A stretch of 64,000 nucleotides of DNA from Candidatus Nomurabacteria bacterium (GTDB taxonomy: Bacteria; Patescibacteriota; Minisyncoccia; Phycocordibacterales; SBAW01), in NCBI GenBank assembly GCA_943356415.1, contig CALREW010000001.1, positions 16,528 to 80,527 on the forward strand. Direction: 5' to 3'. A program made the translations under genes and the position numbers. Shown one piece after another: positions 53,710 to 64,000 of the stretch (the first letter of the stretch is position 1; the number at the start of each line of letters is the position of its first letter). Below the pieces are notes generated by a model. The model searched no databases. It was given only the letters and a program-made list of their open reading frames with translations, and was not told the DNA's origin.

Positions 53710-54135
53710 ATGAGTATCAAGACGTTGCGCTACCTATTTTTACTAGTAATCCTTCTTGGACTTGCGGATTCGTTGTATCTCGCCATCACAACCTTTTTAG
53801 ACATTTCTCCTGTTTGCGGACCAGCTCATGGCTGCGATGTAGTACAGACCAGTTCATATTCGCGAGTGCTCGGTATCCCGTTTTCGTATCTGGCCGTCGT
53901 TTATTACGTAGCGGGGGCTATCATTGGACCGTCGCTTGAGACGTCAGCATTTATGAGCAAGGCGGCAGTTGTTTTTGGAGCGCTTGGGGTTGTTGTCGGC
54001 GTATGGTCCGTGTATCTGCAGGTATTTGTCATACACGCATTCTGCCTCTATTGCAGCGCGCTCGATGTTTTTGCGCTGGTATTATTTAGTATTGCTACAG
54101 TGCTCGCTCAGCGGTTTCGGCAACGCGAATTTTAA
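53710..54135 (+). CDS. vitamin K epoxide reductase (VKOR) family protein
   Basis: Four TM helices, loop Cys pair (CGPAHGCDVV), active CxxC (CLYC). Confidence 0.65.
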   Translation: MSIKTLRYLFLLVILLGLADSLYLAITTFLDISPVCGPAHGCDVVQTSSYSRVLGIPFSYLAVVYYVAGAIIGPSLETSAFMSKAAVVFGALGVVVGVWSVYLQVFVIHAFCLYCSALDVFALVLFSIATVLAQRFRQREF

Positions 54136-54953
54136 TAATCGTAGGAGGGACGGCGCATACGTTGCCACATCTTCCAAAGGAAGAAGAAAAACGCGAGTGC
54201 AAAGACTGGGTAGAAAATACCAGCTTTCGATATAAGGAGATTGAACGCTTGGTAGATATACAAAAGTAGCGTGCGCAGTATCTGCCAGAGTGTAAGCGTG
54301 CGGCTTTCACTTTTGGCTTCGGGGGTATCTTTTTCAGCAAGCGCGGCTTTCTTTGCGGTTATCTCGGCAACTTTTATTTTGGCATCAGAAGAATGAGCAG
54401 AAAGAAAATTACTACCGCTTTTACGCCAGGTATCGACGGTATTGAAGACGGGAGCAGTGACCTCTGCAATTTGTGTGGAGACACCGGCAATGAGGCCTTG
54501 GATTGATTGTGAGTCGGTGAATGAAGCGTCCGTAGAAAGGTTAGGAAGGCCAGCCACAACGGCTGCCTCGCTCTTCGCTGCGTCTTTCGATGCAACGGTC
54601 ACTTTCAATACTTCAGTCCGCTTCGCGGTTGAATCCGATGGGTTCGCGAGTTCAACTGCTATTTCATGCGCACCTGCTTTGGGGGACCACGATACAGACA
54701 TCACACGAGCTTCTTCAGCTTTAAGACTGAGAGGAAGAGATCCGATGCCTCTGCCGCCATCGCGAAAGACGAGGTTACCGGTGAGCGTTTTGTTCGAGCC
54801 GTTTGTAAGTGCGGCGTGAATAAGGACAGTCTCACCCTCAACGATCGGCGTGTTTGAGATCCACACAGGCTCTCCAGAAAATCCGATGGCAGCGGCTGAG
54901 ACGAGAGTGGGGAAGAAAAGGGTAATGGCGACGACACCTACGTTGCGATACAT
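54132..54953 (-). CDS. secreted hypothetical protein with a C-terminal TM anchor
   Basis: Signal peptide MYRNVGVVAITLFFPTLVSAAA; start chosen at 54953 rather than the ORF-track 55052. Confidence 0.4.
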   Translation of the reverse strand: MYRNVGVVAITLFFPTLVSAAAIGFSGEPVWISNTPIVEGETVLIHAALTNGSNKTLTGNLVFRDGGRGIGSLPLSLKAEEARVMSVSWSPKAGAHEIAVELANPSDSTAKRTEVLKVTVASKDAAKSEAAVVAGLPNLSTDASFTDSQSIQGLIAGVSTQIAEVTAPVFNTVDTWRKSGSNFLSAHSSDAKIKVAEITAKKAALAEKDTPEAKSESRTLTLWQILRTLLLYIYQAFNLLISKAGIFYPVFALAFFFFLWKMWQRMRRPSYDY

Positions 54954-55032
54954 ATAAAAATTGTACACCACAAAATGAGCTGCCTGGGGATAAGTGGATA
55001 TTTTGAGAATTATATGGTATAGTTTTTCCACT

Positions 55033-56067
55033 ATGGATGAGCCCCGCAGCATTGGCGCGCGTCTCAGGGCGTATTTCCTGCCTTCGGCAGAAAATCAGTA
55101 TCGCCCGCACTCGCTGTCTCGTGACGCTCTTATTACCGTCGTCGCACTTACCTGCGTTGTGGAGGGGTTCCTTCTTACGTCGCTCTTTATGCAGTCTGGG
55201 GCCGGTCAGTTTGCAGCAGCAGTTCTTAAGGGGGCAATTGTTAACCTCACAAACAACGAGCGTTCGACGCTTGGTTTGGGAGATTTAAATACCAACCCGC
55301 TTCTTACGGCCGCTGCACAAGCAAAGGCTGATGATATGGCTGCGCGGGGATATTTTTCACATAAAGATCCAAACGGTTCAGAACCGTGGAAGTGGGTGAT
55401 TGATGCGGGATACGATTACGCATATGCGGGAGAAAATCTTGCAGTACGCTTCTTTGATTCAGCTGACGTTGTGGATGCATGGATGCACTCGCCGTCGCAT
55501 CGAGCGAACGTTGTGAAGGGGGTGTACAAAGATATTGGTATCGGAGTTGCCGAGGGTACCTATGAAGGGCAAAAGACCACGTTTGTTGTCCAATTTTTTG
55601 GAACTTCACGTGCCGAATTAGGCATTGCGCCCGCATCACAACCTGTGGCTGCTCAGCCGAAACCTGCACCGGTGGCCGCAAAAGTAGCGGCGGCTTCAGT
55701 TGCAGAAGTTCCGGAAGTGCCAGTTGAGACTGCAGTTTCTGAGGCGCTGACGTCTGCCCCTGTGCCTGCTCAACCTACTGTCGAAGGGCGTTCAACACAG
55801 ATACCTTCATCGGTTGTGCGTATTTTTAATTCACCACGCACCATGGCCCTCTCTATTCTTGCGGCCATCCTGACGCTCCTTATTGTTGCCCTCGTTCTGG
55901 CGATTGTTATCCATATGCACGTGCAGCCTGTCGACATGCTCCTCTCAGGAGCGGTTGTGACAGCGTTTGTTTTCGCGATCTTCGCATTCAATAGTTTCGT
56001 CCTTACTGGTGCCACGGTACCTGAGAGCACACCCGCCGCATCGGTGCACGCTCTCGATCTTCGCTAA
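55033..56067 (+). CDS. CAP (SCP/PR-1-like) domain protein flanked by TM helices
   Basis: YFSHKDPNGSEPW...GENLA...HSPSHRANV CAP motifs; Ala/Pro-rich linker; C-terminal TM. Confidence 0.65.
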   Translation: MDEPRSIGARLRAYFLPSAENQYRPHSLSRDALITVVALTCVVEGFLLTSLFMQSGAGQFAAAVLKGAIVNLTNNERSTLGLGDLNTNPLLTAAAQAKADDMAARGYFSHKDPNGSEPWKWVIDAGYDYAYAGENLAVRFFDSADVVDAWMHSPSHRANVVKGVYKDIGIGVAEGTYEGQKTTFVVQFFGTSRAELGIAPASQPVAAQPKPAPVAAKVAAASVAEVPEVPVETAVSEALTSAPVPAQPTVEGRSTQIPSSVVRIFNSPRTMALSILAAILTLLIVALVLAIVIHMHVQPVDMLLSGAVVTAFVFAIFAFNSFVLTGATVPESTPAASVHALDLR

Positions 56068-56182
56068 TTTTTACTATCGTTATAGTTTTTGCGTGCATAC
56101 TCCTGTGAGCTATAGCTCACAGGAGTATGCACGCACTGTTCCATCGCACAGCCATCGAAGTTTCTGCTACCATGGATGACCT

Positions 56183-57466
56183 ATGCAGGATCCATTCCAG
56201 TCATACCTCGCGACACTTCATTCAACCGCTGCAGTACTTGGTTTAACCACCGCTGACATTGACGCGCTCTCAACTCCCGACCGGATTATCGAACGGACAC
56301 TGGAAGTTGAACGTGATTCTGGCGAAAAAGTTTCCTTACAGGCATATCGTGTGCAGTTTAATAACGCGCGTGGGCCGTACAAAGGCGGTATTAGATTTCA
56401 TCCAAACGCCGATCAGTCCGAAGTAAAAGCGCTCGCTGCACTTATGGCACTTAAATGTGCCGTGGTAAACATTCCACTTGGTGGGGCTAAAGGGGGTGTG
56501 GCGTTCGATCCAAAGGGCTACTCAAAAGCAGAAATAGAGCGCGTTGCGCGGGCGTTTGCGCGTGCATTTGCAAACGACATCGGCCCGGATCGTGACATAC
56601 CAGCACCGGACGTTTATACAACTGCAGAGATAATGGGGTACATACTCGACGAATATGAGCGCGTGCACGGCATAAGTGCGCCCGCAGTTATTACTGGAAA
56701 ACCACTGGCACTTGGCGGCAGTTTGGGACGCGATACCGCCACTTCACAAGGGGGTGTGTATGTACTGGAAGAATTACGCATACGTCTGGGCAAAGAGCGT
56801 AGCGATATGCGCGTTGCGATACATGGTTTTGGAAATGTCGGCTATCACGCGGCGCGCATATTGCATTCTCTTGGATACCGCATCGTTGCGCTTGCGGATA
56901 GCAAAGGAGGCTTAGTATCGGAGCGAGGACTTGATCCTATGGCCGCCCATCGCGCGAAGCACGAGACTCATTCAATAACGAATTTGTATTGTGAAGGTTC
57001 GGTATGCGATACCGTGAAGATGTCTGAAGATGCTGCTCGGGTTGTCTCTCCGAATGATGTTCTTACAATGTCTTGTGATGTCCTTATTCCTGCAGCGCTC
57101 GACGGGGTTATTACTGAGGAGAACGCAAAAGATATCCGCGCATCGATAGTTCTCGAACTCGCCAATGGTCCTACTACGCCGGCGGCGGATGCGATTTTAA
57201 AGGAGAGGAATATTTTGGTTATTCCAGACATTCTTGCAAATGCAGGTGGAGTGACGGTTTCATATTTCGAATGGCTACAAAATCGGACTGGTGAACGTTG
57301 GGATGAAGAAGTTGTGCATGCGCGGCTGCGTCCTCTTATGACTGACTCCTTTAATGAAATTTGGAGTATTCACGATGAGAGAGACATTACCTTGAGACAG
57401 GCTGCCTATGTGCTTGGTATAGGGCGTATCCTTGAGGCAATGCGTGCGCGTGGGAAGCAGCAGTAA
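56183..57466 (+). CDS. Glu/Leu/Phe/Val dehydrogenase (glutamate-dehydrogenase-like)
   Basis: GGAKGGV catalytic-lysine motif and NAD(P) Rossmann GFGNVG. Confidence 0.85.
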   Translation: MQDPFQSYLATLHSTAAVLGLTTADIDALSTPDRIIERTLEVERDSGEKVSLQAYRVQFNNARGPYKGGIRFHPNADQSEVKALAALMALKCAVVNIPLGGAKGGVAFDPKGYSKAEIERVARAFARAFANDIGPDRDIPAPDVYTTAEIMGYILDEYERVHGISAPAVITGKPLALGGSLGRDTATSQGGVYVLEELRIRLGKERSDMRVAIHGFGNVGYHAARILHSLGYRIVALADSKGGLVSERGLDPMAAHRAKHETHSITNLYCEGSVCDTVKMSEDAARVVSPNDVLTMSCDVLIPAALDGVITEENAKDIRASIVLELANGPTTPAADAILKERNILVIPDILANAGGVTVSYFEWLQNRTGERWDEEVVHARLRPLMTDSFNEIWSIHDERDITLRQAAYVLGIGRILEAMRARGKQQ

Positions 57467-57517
57467 TCCAGAGGGCCTTTCTTGCCAGCAGATAATAAGA
57501 GAGGGTATTCTTTACCC

Positions 57518-58027
57518 ATGGATAAGAAAATAATAATCGGCATAGCGGTCGTGGTGGCTGTTGTGGTTGTCGGGTTTTTTATGTGGAAATTTATGGGCAC
57601 TAATACGACAGGAATGGAGCAAGAAAATACGAATGCCCCGCAGAATGCAGAACAGGCGTCAGGAACCCCGGCAGTTGATGTCAAAGACCTCGGCGGCGGT
57701 CTCTTTGTTCGCGACGTCACGGTTGGTACCGGAGCTGAAGCGGTAAACGGCAAGCGCGTGTACGCAAAGTACGTCGGACGTCTCACGGACGGAACTGTTT
57801 TTGATGCTTCCGATTTGCATCCAGAAACAAAAGACAAAGGATTCTCATTCGTACTTGGACAGGATCAAGTTATCCAAGGTTGGCACAAGGGTATTGTCGG
57901 TATGAAAGTCGGCGGTCAGCGTCTCCTTCAGATCCCGCCTGAGTTAGCGTATGGTGCGCAGGCTAATGGATCAATTCCTGCAAATTCGACGCTTATTTTT
58001 GCTATCGAACTCCTCAAAGTAGAGTAG
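57518..58027 (+). CDS. FKBP-type peptidyl-prolyl cis-trans isomerase, membrane-anchored
   Basis: N-terminal TM; YVGRLTDGTVFDAS...FVLGQDQVIQGWHKGIVGMKVGG FKBP core. Confidence 0.8.
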   Translation: MDKKIIIGIAVVVAVVVVGFFMWKFMGTNTTGMEQENTNAPQNAEQASGTPAVDVKDLGGGLFVRDVTVGTGAEAVNGKRVYAKYVGRLTDGTVFDASDLHPETKDKGFSFVLGQDQVIQGWHKGIVGMKVGGQRLLQIPPELAYGAQANGSIPANSTLIFAIELLKVE

Positions 58028-58072
58028 CTAGAACTCGTAAAATTGCCGCACCTACATTGTTGCGGAGCCTAA

Positions 58073-58128
58073 GCCAGCCGCTCGTCCTATACTTGATAGG
58101 CCTCGCGGCTGGCTTTTCCGCGCCGCGT
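58073..58128 (+). terminator. rho-independent terminator after the FKBP gene
   Basis: gccagccgc...gcggctggc 9-bp stem, then ttttcc. Confidence 0.65.
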
Positions 58129-58437
58129 ATCTGCAGCAATTTTTCAAGTTCTGGTTGCTTCAAACGCCTGTATGTAAGAACTTGAAATGAACATGGCCGT
58201 CAAGAAGACGGCCAAGGTGGATGAGAAGAAAGCGGAGAGAGAAGAAAGAACGAAATTGATAGGTAGAGTACGGAGGATGGAAGAGGGGAAAGTGGCGAGT
58301 GTTGAGGGCGAAGAAACAGCACGCCAGACTTTCACACCTCTTCCACTCCGTACCTACCTGCGCCCACTAAACCCTATAACCAGGCATAAACGGATAAGTT
58401 ACATTGCGTCGCAGCGTCTCGTCCGTATACTGCAGCT

Positions 58438-59676
58438 GTGGCAGGAAACTCCTTTCGCATAGAAAAACGTGGCCCCGGACGCGCCCGCGCGGGCGTACTT
58501 TCGACCCCACATGGCGATATCCAAACGCCAGCATTTACTGCAGTTGGAACTAAGGCGACCGTTAAGGGTCTTACGCCGACACAATTGAAAGATGCTGGAG
58601 TCCAAGTGCTTATTGCAAACACCTATCATCTTTACTTGCATCCAGGAGAAGCGACGGTTGAAAAACTTGGTGGGCTGCACGACTTTATGAGCTGGCAGGG
58701 GCCGCTTATGACCGACTCTGGCGGCTTTCAAATCTTTTCGTTGGGCTCTGGTTTCGGCAAAAAGGTTTCAAAGTTTACTCCTGAGCAAGCGTCGCCAGAG
58801 GAGGGTGTTGCGGTTTATAACGATGAACTTGCAACGAGTCACGGGAAGCTTGCTGTTATCGACGACGAAGGTGTCTCTTTTACCTCGCATCTTGACGGCA
58901 CCTTGCATCGCTTTACTCCAGAGCGCTCAGTTGAGATACAACACAAGCTTGGTGCAGATATTTTCTTTGCATTTGACGAATGCACTGCGCCAACCGAAAC
59001 CTACGAGTATCAAAAAGAAGCCATGGAGCGCACACATGCGTGGGCTAAACGTTCACTTTCGGCACATCGTCAAAATACCGCTGCCAACCAAAAGCAATGG
59101 ATATACGGCATCGGACAAGGTGGACAGTTTGACGATTTGCGCCGCGAAAGTGCTCGTACGATAGGAGCAATGGGATTTGACGGCTTCGGACTCGGTGGCT
59201 CGTTTAGTCGAAAATACGGAGACAATTCACTCCAGTCAGCACTCGACATGCTATCGGAGCTTCCTGCTGACATGCCAGTGCATGGGCTTGGTGTAGGTGA
59301 GCCTGAAGACTTGTTGCTTGCGGCCGCGTGGGGCGTCGACACCTTTGATTGTGTTACTCCAACGAGAAATGGCCGTAGCGGCAGTGCCTACACGCGCGAC
59401 GGACGTATTAACATCGATGGCGCTTCATACGTGCTCGATTCGGCACCGATAGATGCGGAGTGTAGCTGTTATGCCTGCTCGAACTTTACACGTGCCTACA
59501 TATGCCATTTGTTCCGCGCAAAAGAAATGCTCGGACCCATTTTAGCCAGCCTTCATAACATGCACTTTTTAGTGGAGCTGGTGGACGAGATTCGCAAAGC
59601 AATACACGAGAGCAGGCTCGAAGCCTTTTCAGTGGCGTTTTTGGAACGTTTTAACAAAGGTCGACAGTTGAAATAG
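58438..59676 (+). CDS. tgt: queuine tRNA-ribosyltransferase
   Basis: Tgt N-terminal LSTPHGDIQTPAF, catalytic Asp region, zinc site CSCYAC...H. Confidence 0.9.
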   Translation: MAGNSFRIEKRGPGRARAGVLSTPHGDIQTPAFTAVGTKATVKGLTPTQLKDAGVQVLIANTYHLYLHPGEATVEKLGGLHDFMSWQGPLMTDSGGFQIFSLGSGFGKKVSKFTPEQASPEEGVAVYNDELATSHGKLAVIDDEGVSFTSHLDGTLHRFTPERSVEIQHKLGADIFFAFDECTAPTETYEYQKEAMERTHAWAKRSLSAHRQNTAANQKQWIYGIGQGGQFDDLRRESARTIGAMGFDGFGLGGSFSRKYGDNSLQSALDMLSELPADMPVHGLGVGEPEDLLLAAAWGVDTFDCVTPTRNGRSGSAYTRDGRINIDGASYVLDSAPIDAECSCYACSNFTRAYICHLFRAKEMLGPILASLHNMHFLVELVDEIRKAIHESRLEAFSVAFLERFNKGRQLK

Positions 59677-59872
59677 GTTCGATACACTGGAAACACGGTT
59701 CGCGCGTTGCGTCCGTCTGGCAGGTGCTTTTCAACCTTGCGGCCGGCCAGGATCGTCCGCACTGCGGTCTACGATTTTCACCCTACCGTGGTGTGCGTCA
59801 TCGATGGGATCGGGGGTGGCTCTGCCCCCGGTCCTTTTGCTTTATATTTGCGACAAAAACCGTTAGAGTTCC

Positions 59873-61921
59873 TTGATGCAGTTTGAACTAACTTCAGAAT
59901 TTGAACCGGCAGGCGATCAGCCAAAGGCGATAGAAAAGCTTGTGGAGGGTGTAAAGCGTGGTGACAGACACCAGACTCTGCTTGGTGTGACCGGCTCAGG
60001 CAAGACATTTACTGCGGCGAACGTCATTGCGCAGATACAAAAGCCGACGTTAGTTATTGCACACAACAAAACACTGGCTGCACAACTAGCCCAGGAATAC
60101 CGTGAGTTTTTCCCGAAAAACGCCGTGCACTACTTTGTTTCCTACTATGATTACTATCAGCCTGAGGCCTATATACCGACATCCGATACGTTTATCGAAA
60201 AAGAAGCGCAAATAAACGAGGAGATAGACCGCCTCCGGCATGCAACAACACAGTCGCTCCTTACCCGTAGTGACGTCATTGTCGTAGCATCGGTTTCGTG
60301 CATATACGGTCTCGGTTCCCCGGAGCAGTATCGCAAAGTCCACCTTGAGCTAACCGTGGGGATGAAGATAACGCGCGCAGAGCTTATCCGTCGTTTGGTC
60401 AATCTTTACTTTGAACGAACTCCTGGAGATTTAAATCCTGGCCACTTCCGGGCCTTAGGGAATATGGTCGAGATTATGCCGACAAACGAGCGACTTATCT
60501 ACCGCGTCAATTTCGTAGGCGAGACCGTAGAATCTATCATCGTTATGGATGCTATTACGCGCGCAGTTATTTCATCGGAGAAGAGCTATTTCCTCTTTCC
60601 AGCAAAGCACTACGTTACGCCAGAAGATGAACGCGACCGGGCGGTGAAAGACATTCAGGCGGAATTAAAGGCGCAGCTCGCAAAATTTGAAAAAGCAGGG
60701 AAAGTGCTTGAAGCAGAGCGTATTAAACGACGCACCAACTATGACCTCGCAATGATCCGAGAGATTGGCTACTGCAATGGTATTGAAAACTACTCACGCC
60801 ATTTCGATGGCCGAGCACCGGGAGAGCCTCCGTATTCGCTCCTTGCATACTTCCCATACAAAAAAGATGGAACGCCAGATTTCCTCACCATTGTTGACGA
60901 GTCGCATGTAACTATTCCGCAGATAGGGGGTATGTATGCGGGCGACCGTTCACGTAAAGAAAACCTTGTTGAGTATGGTTTTCGTTTACCGAGCGCTGTC
61001 GATAACAGACCACTCACGTTTGAAGAATATGAGGAACGTGTTGGGGAGACTATCTATACCTCTGCGACGCCAGGCAATTATGAGCGTGAACACTCGACGC
61101 AGGTTGTCGAGCAGATTATTCGTCCAACCGGGTTACTCGACCCAGAAATAGAAGTGCGCCCGATTGTCAGTGCGGGCGGTTATCCAGGTCAGGTCAAAGA
61201 CTTTCTTTCTGAGGCAGAAAAAGTTGTAAAAAACGGAGGCCGCATTCTTGTCACGACGCTCACCAAGCGTATGGCGGAAGATCTTGCGGAGTATCTAAAA
61301 GATAGGAAATTAAATGCAGAGTACTTGCACAGTGACATTAAGACGATAGACCGTATCACGATCCTCACTGAATTTCGTAAGGGTAAATTCGATTGTCTCG
61401 TCGGCGTGAACTTACTGCGCGAGGGTTTGGACTTACCAGAGGTAGAACTTGTCGCGATACTTGATGCAGATAAGGAAGGTTTTCTGCGTAGCGAAACCTC
61501 GCTTATCCAAACGATTGGTCGCGCAGCACGCAACAGTCTTGGTCGAGTGGTGTTATATGCAGACCAGCAGACCCGTTCACTTGATGCGGCTATTGGAGAA
61601 ACAAATCGAAGACGTGGAGTACAGATGGCATACAACACGAAGCACAGCATAACTCCAACAACAATACGAAAGGCGGTTCGAGACATTACTGACCAGATGC
61701 GTACTGAGCACCAGAAAGCAGTGGGTGCTTTGATGGCGATAGATCGGGAGAGATATGAGAAAGATCCGCAGGCACTTATTGCGGAGAAGCGTGAGCAGAT
61801 GGAACAAGCTGTCGCTGACCTCGATTTTGAGACCGCCGCACTGTTGCGCGACGAGATTTATGCGCTGGAAGGGAAAGAGCCGGTCGGCAAAAAGAAATCC
61901 ACTCGCGGTAAAAAACGCTAG
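59873..61921 (+). CDS. uvrB: excinuclease ABC subunit B
   Basis: GVTGSGKTFT Walker A, helicase motifs, C-terminal UVR domain ALLRDEIYALE. Confidence 0.95.
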   Translation: MMQFELTSEFEPAGDQPKAIEKLVEGVKRGDRHQTLLGVTGSGKTFTAANVIAQIQKPTLVIAHNKTLAAQLAQEYREFFPKNAVHYFVSYYDYYQPEAYIPTSDTFIEKEAQINEEIDRLRHATTQSLLTRSDVIVVASVSCIYGLGSPEQYRKVHLELTVGMKITRAELIRRLVNLYFERTPGDLNPGHFRALGNMVEIMPTNERLIYRVNFVGETVESIIVMDAITRAVISSEKSYFLFPAKHYVTPEDERDRAVKDIQAELKAQLAKFEKAGKVLEAERIKRRTNYDLAMIREIGYCNGIENYSRHFDGRAPGEPPYSLLAYFPYKKDGTPDFLTIVDESHVTIPQIGGMYAGDRSRKENLVEYGFRLPSAVDNRPLTFEEYEERVGETIYTSATPGNYEREHSTQVVEQIIRPTGLLDPEIEVRPIVSAGGYPGQVKDFLSEAEKVVKNGGRILVTTLTKRMAEDLAEYLKDRKLNAEYLHSDIKTIDRITILTEFRKGKFDCLVGVNLLREGLDLPEVELVAILDADKEGFLRSETSLIQTIGRAARNSLGRVVLYADQQTRSLDAAIGETNRRRGVQMAYNTKHSITPTTIRKAVRDITDQMRTEHQKAVGALMAIDRERYEKDPQALIAEKREQMEQAVADLDFETAALLRDEIYALEGKEPVGKKKSTRGKKR

Positions 61922-61943
61922 GTGAAGGACGCTATACTAAAGT

Positions 61944-62321
61944 ATGGCTGGTAAACCGCGCATTCTCATTGTCGAAGATGACCCATTTATGGCGGACATT
62001 ATGGTCCGCAAGTTTGGAGATGGCGGATTTGAAGTAATTCACGCGCCAAATGGTGAAGAAGCACTTAAACGTGCTGCAGAGCAAATGCCAGACATCATTT
62101 CACTCGACGTAATGCTGCCGGGTATTGATGGATACGAAGTACTGCGTCGTTTAAAGGCGGACAACGACCTCGCTAAAATACCGGTCATTGTGTGTTCTAA
62201 CATTGGAAACGACGAAGATATACAAAAAGCAAAAGAGCTCGGCGCATTGGACTATTTCGTTAAAATTTCGGTAGATTTCACGGATTTGATCGCAACGTTT
62301 CGCCGAGCCTGCAGCAAATAG
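61944..62321 (+). CDS. stand-alone response-regulator receiver domain (CheY-like)
   Basis: RILIVEDDP (DD pocket), phospho-acceptor D in ISLDVMLPGIDG, the T/S and K positions of the receiver fold. Confidence 0.8.
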   Translation: MAGKPRILIVEDDPFMADIMVRKFGDGGFEVIHAPNGEEALKRAAEQMPDIISLDVMLPGIDGYEVLRRLKADNDLAKIPVIVCSNIGNDEDIQKAKELGALDYFVKISVDFTDLIATFRRACSK

Positions 62322-62446
62322 CCGCTTTCCGCTGACTGCTTTCCGGTTTGCGACCGCTGCAGTAGAATAGGACCGTGCGATAGGGTGTACCCCGCAATAC
62401 GTGCGGGGCAAAACTGCGTTCACCCTATTGTTAATTTCAACTTGCC

Positions 62447-64000
62447 ATGGAGGATAAAATAGTTGTAAAAGGCGCCAAAACGCACAACCTTAAGAACATT
62501 ACGGTTGAGATGCCGCGCAATAAGATGGTCGTCATTACGGGACTTTCTGGTTCAGGGAAGTCGTCTTTGGCATTCGATACTATTTTTGCTGAAGGACAGC
62601 GCCGCTACGTGGAATCCCTCTCTTCCTATGCTCGCCAATTCTTACGTCAGATGCAGAAGCCTGATGTCGAAGAGATTTCTGGTCTTTCGCCCGCGATTTC
62701 CATTGACCAAAAGAGCCGTTCAAATAACCCGCGCTCCACTGTCGCAACCATCACTGAAATTTATGACTATCTACGCATCCTCTATGCACGCGTGGGCAAG
62801 CCGCACTGTTTGGTGTGTGGTCGTCAGATACAAAAACTTTCAAATGAAGAAATACTTCGTTCCATTGTTGACGGCATAAAGAGTAAAAAGCCAGTAAAAG
62901 AACGTAAAGTGATGGGCGTATCCGTTGTAGATGACACCATCCGCATTTATGCGCCCGTTGTAGTCGGCCGCAAAGGAGAGTACTACCAGCTTTTATACGA
63001 CCTCCTCGGTAAGGGATATGAAAAAGTAAAAATCGATGGCAAACTTCACTCGCTACGCGAGAAAGTAGAGCTCGACAAAAATAAGAAGCATCACATCGAT
63101 GCGCTTGTTGATGAAATAGCCGTCGCGGAATTCACCAGTTCAAAGCAAGCGGCACTTGAGCGTCTTTCTGAAGCCGTTGAACACGCACTTGAGCAATCGG
63201 ATGGTCTCTTAAAGCTGGAAGATGCACATGGGGAGGAGCGGCTTATCTCAGCAAAGTTTATGTGTCCGTATGATGGTTTCTCCTTCCCAGAAGTAGAACC
63301 ACGTCTTTTCTCCTTTAACTCTCCGTACGGAGCATGTCCGACGTGTAATGGGTTGGGTACCAAGCACTATTTTGGAGATGAGCCGTGCGATACCTGTCAT
63401 GGTGCGCGCTTGCGCGCTGAAGCACTCCACGTCTTTTTGGGCGGAGACGCTGAAGCAAACGGTTCAGATCCAAAAGAAAAGCGTGGTTTAAATGCCGTTG
63501 AAGCAACATCACTTTCAATAGAGAAGGCGTACGAGTTTTTCTCTGAGATGAAGCTTTCGAAGCAAGATCAAGAAGTATCTAAGGCGATTGTCCGCGAAAT
63601 ACTGGCACGTCTTAAGTTTATGCTCGACGTTGGTATCGAATATCTCACGCTCAATCGCCGCGCCAATACGCTCTCTGGCGGAGAAGCACAGCGTATTCGC
63701 CTCGCCTCGCAGCTTGGTTCGGGTCTGGTGGGAGCGCTCTACGTGCTCGACGAGCCGACTATCGGTCTCCATCAGCGAGATAACGACCGACTTATAAAGA
63801 CGCTTCTTAACCTGCGCGATCTTGGCAATACCATCATTGTGGTTGAGCACGACGAGGACACCATTTTTTCGGCTGACTATTTGATTGATATCGGTCCTGG
63901 TGCTGGCGTACACGGGGGAGAAGTTGTTGCACAGGGGTATCTTGAAAAGCTACTTACTTCAAAGAAGAACGACACCGGTTCAGTCACGCTTGCATATTTG
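62447..64000 (+). CDS. uvrA: excinuclease ABC subunit A (5' portion; continues beyond the window)
   Basis: [35 protein letters not shown]-terminal ABC signature, zinc-finger Cys pairs, [12 protein letters not shown]; no stop before the window end. Confidence 0.9.
   Translation, partial: MEDKIVVKGAKTHNLKNITVEMPRNKMVVITGLSGSGKSSLAFDTIFAEGQRRYVESLSSYARQFLRQMQKPDVEEISGLSPAISIDQKSRSNNPRSTVATITEIYDYLRILYARVGKPHCLVCGRQIQKLSNEEILRSIVDGIKSKKPVKERKVMGVSVVDDTIRIYAPVVVGRKGEYYQLLYDLLGKGYEKVKIDGKLHSLREKVELDKNKKHHIDALVDEIAVAEFTSSKQAALERLSEAVEHALEQSDGLLKLEDAHGEERLISAKFMCPYDGFSFPEVEPRLFSFNSPYGACPTCNGLGTKHYFGDEPCDTCHGARLRAEALHVFLGGDAEANGSDPKEKRGLNAVEATSLSIEKAYEFFSEMKLSKQDQEVSKAIVREILARLKFMLDVGIEYLTLNRRANTLSGGEAQRIRLASQLGSGLVGALYVLDEPTIGLHQRDNDRLIKTLLNLRDLGNTIIVVEHDEDTIFSADYLIDIGPGAGVHGGEVVAQGYLEKLLTSKKNDTGSVTLAYL

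Noticed and set aside
58187-58462. A 91 aa ORF upstream of tgt as a gene
   Set aside because: It is Lys/Glu/Arg-rich low complexity, overlaps the tgt start and lies in the terminator/promoter interval after the FKBP gene. It has no start context.
1-64000. CRISPR arrays or cas genes
   Set aside because: No short regularly spaced direct repeats were seen anywhere. The only repeats are the long IRs, the E-family and the tRNA 3'-end copies.

Overview
This 64 kb window reads as a chromosomal segment of a small-genome bacterium with a roughly 46-50% GC backbone. Several features suggest a CPR/Parcubacteria-like lineage, by inference only: a short IF-2, many TrbC/VirB2-like two-TM pilin paralogs, a MalE-like substrate-binding protein with a TM anchor instead of a lipobox, and tRNA genes without encoded CCA. 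The backbone carries ordinary housekeeping genes (rbfA, infB, cysteine desulfurase, clpB, rpmG, miaA, parB, rel, topA, dprA, serS, dus, dnaX, lexA, DEAD-box helicase, tgt, uvrB, uvrA, glutamate dehydrogenase, FKBP, peroxiredoxins) and eight tRNA genes. Several accessory features interrupt it. (1) A translationally coupled operon at 91-3816 encodes a SAM methyltransferase, a YhbQ-type GIY-YIG protein, the substrate-binding protein and four tandem pilin-like paralogs. (2) High-GC islands (about 60% or more) lie at 3.9-6.0 kb (SPFH-like plus a Pro-rich membrane protein), 25.2-26.3 kb (pyrF), 35.8-38.6 kb (ParB-like nuclease-domain protein plus pyrE), with two small islets at about 34.5 kb and 51.8-52.25 kb. 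(3) A roughly 3.9 kb composite element at 7903-11827 has nested long inverted repeats (about 250 bp and about 130 bp) around an AT-rich ImmA/XRE cassette and a large serine recombinase, abutting a tRNA cluster. (4) A family of roughly 110-nt GC-rich structured repeats with compensatory base changes lies 3' of tRNA genes, and at least six of the eight tRNAs have a downstream inverted copy of their own 3' end. (5) Direct repeats of the tRNA-Trp 3' end look like an integration scar. (6) One gene fuses a pilin-like domain to a CHAP-like hydrolase domain. (7) A copper-handling cluster includes a CopC/CopD fusion. No CRISPR array or rRNA was seen. Product calls rest on motif-level reading of the translations, and boundaries are approximate.
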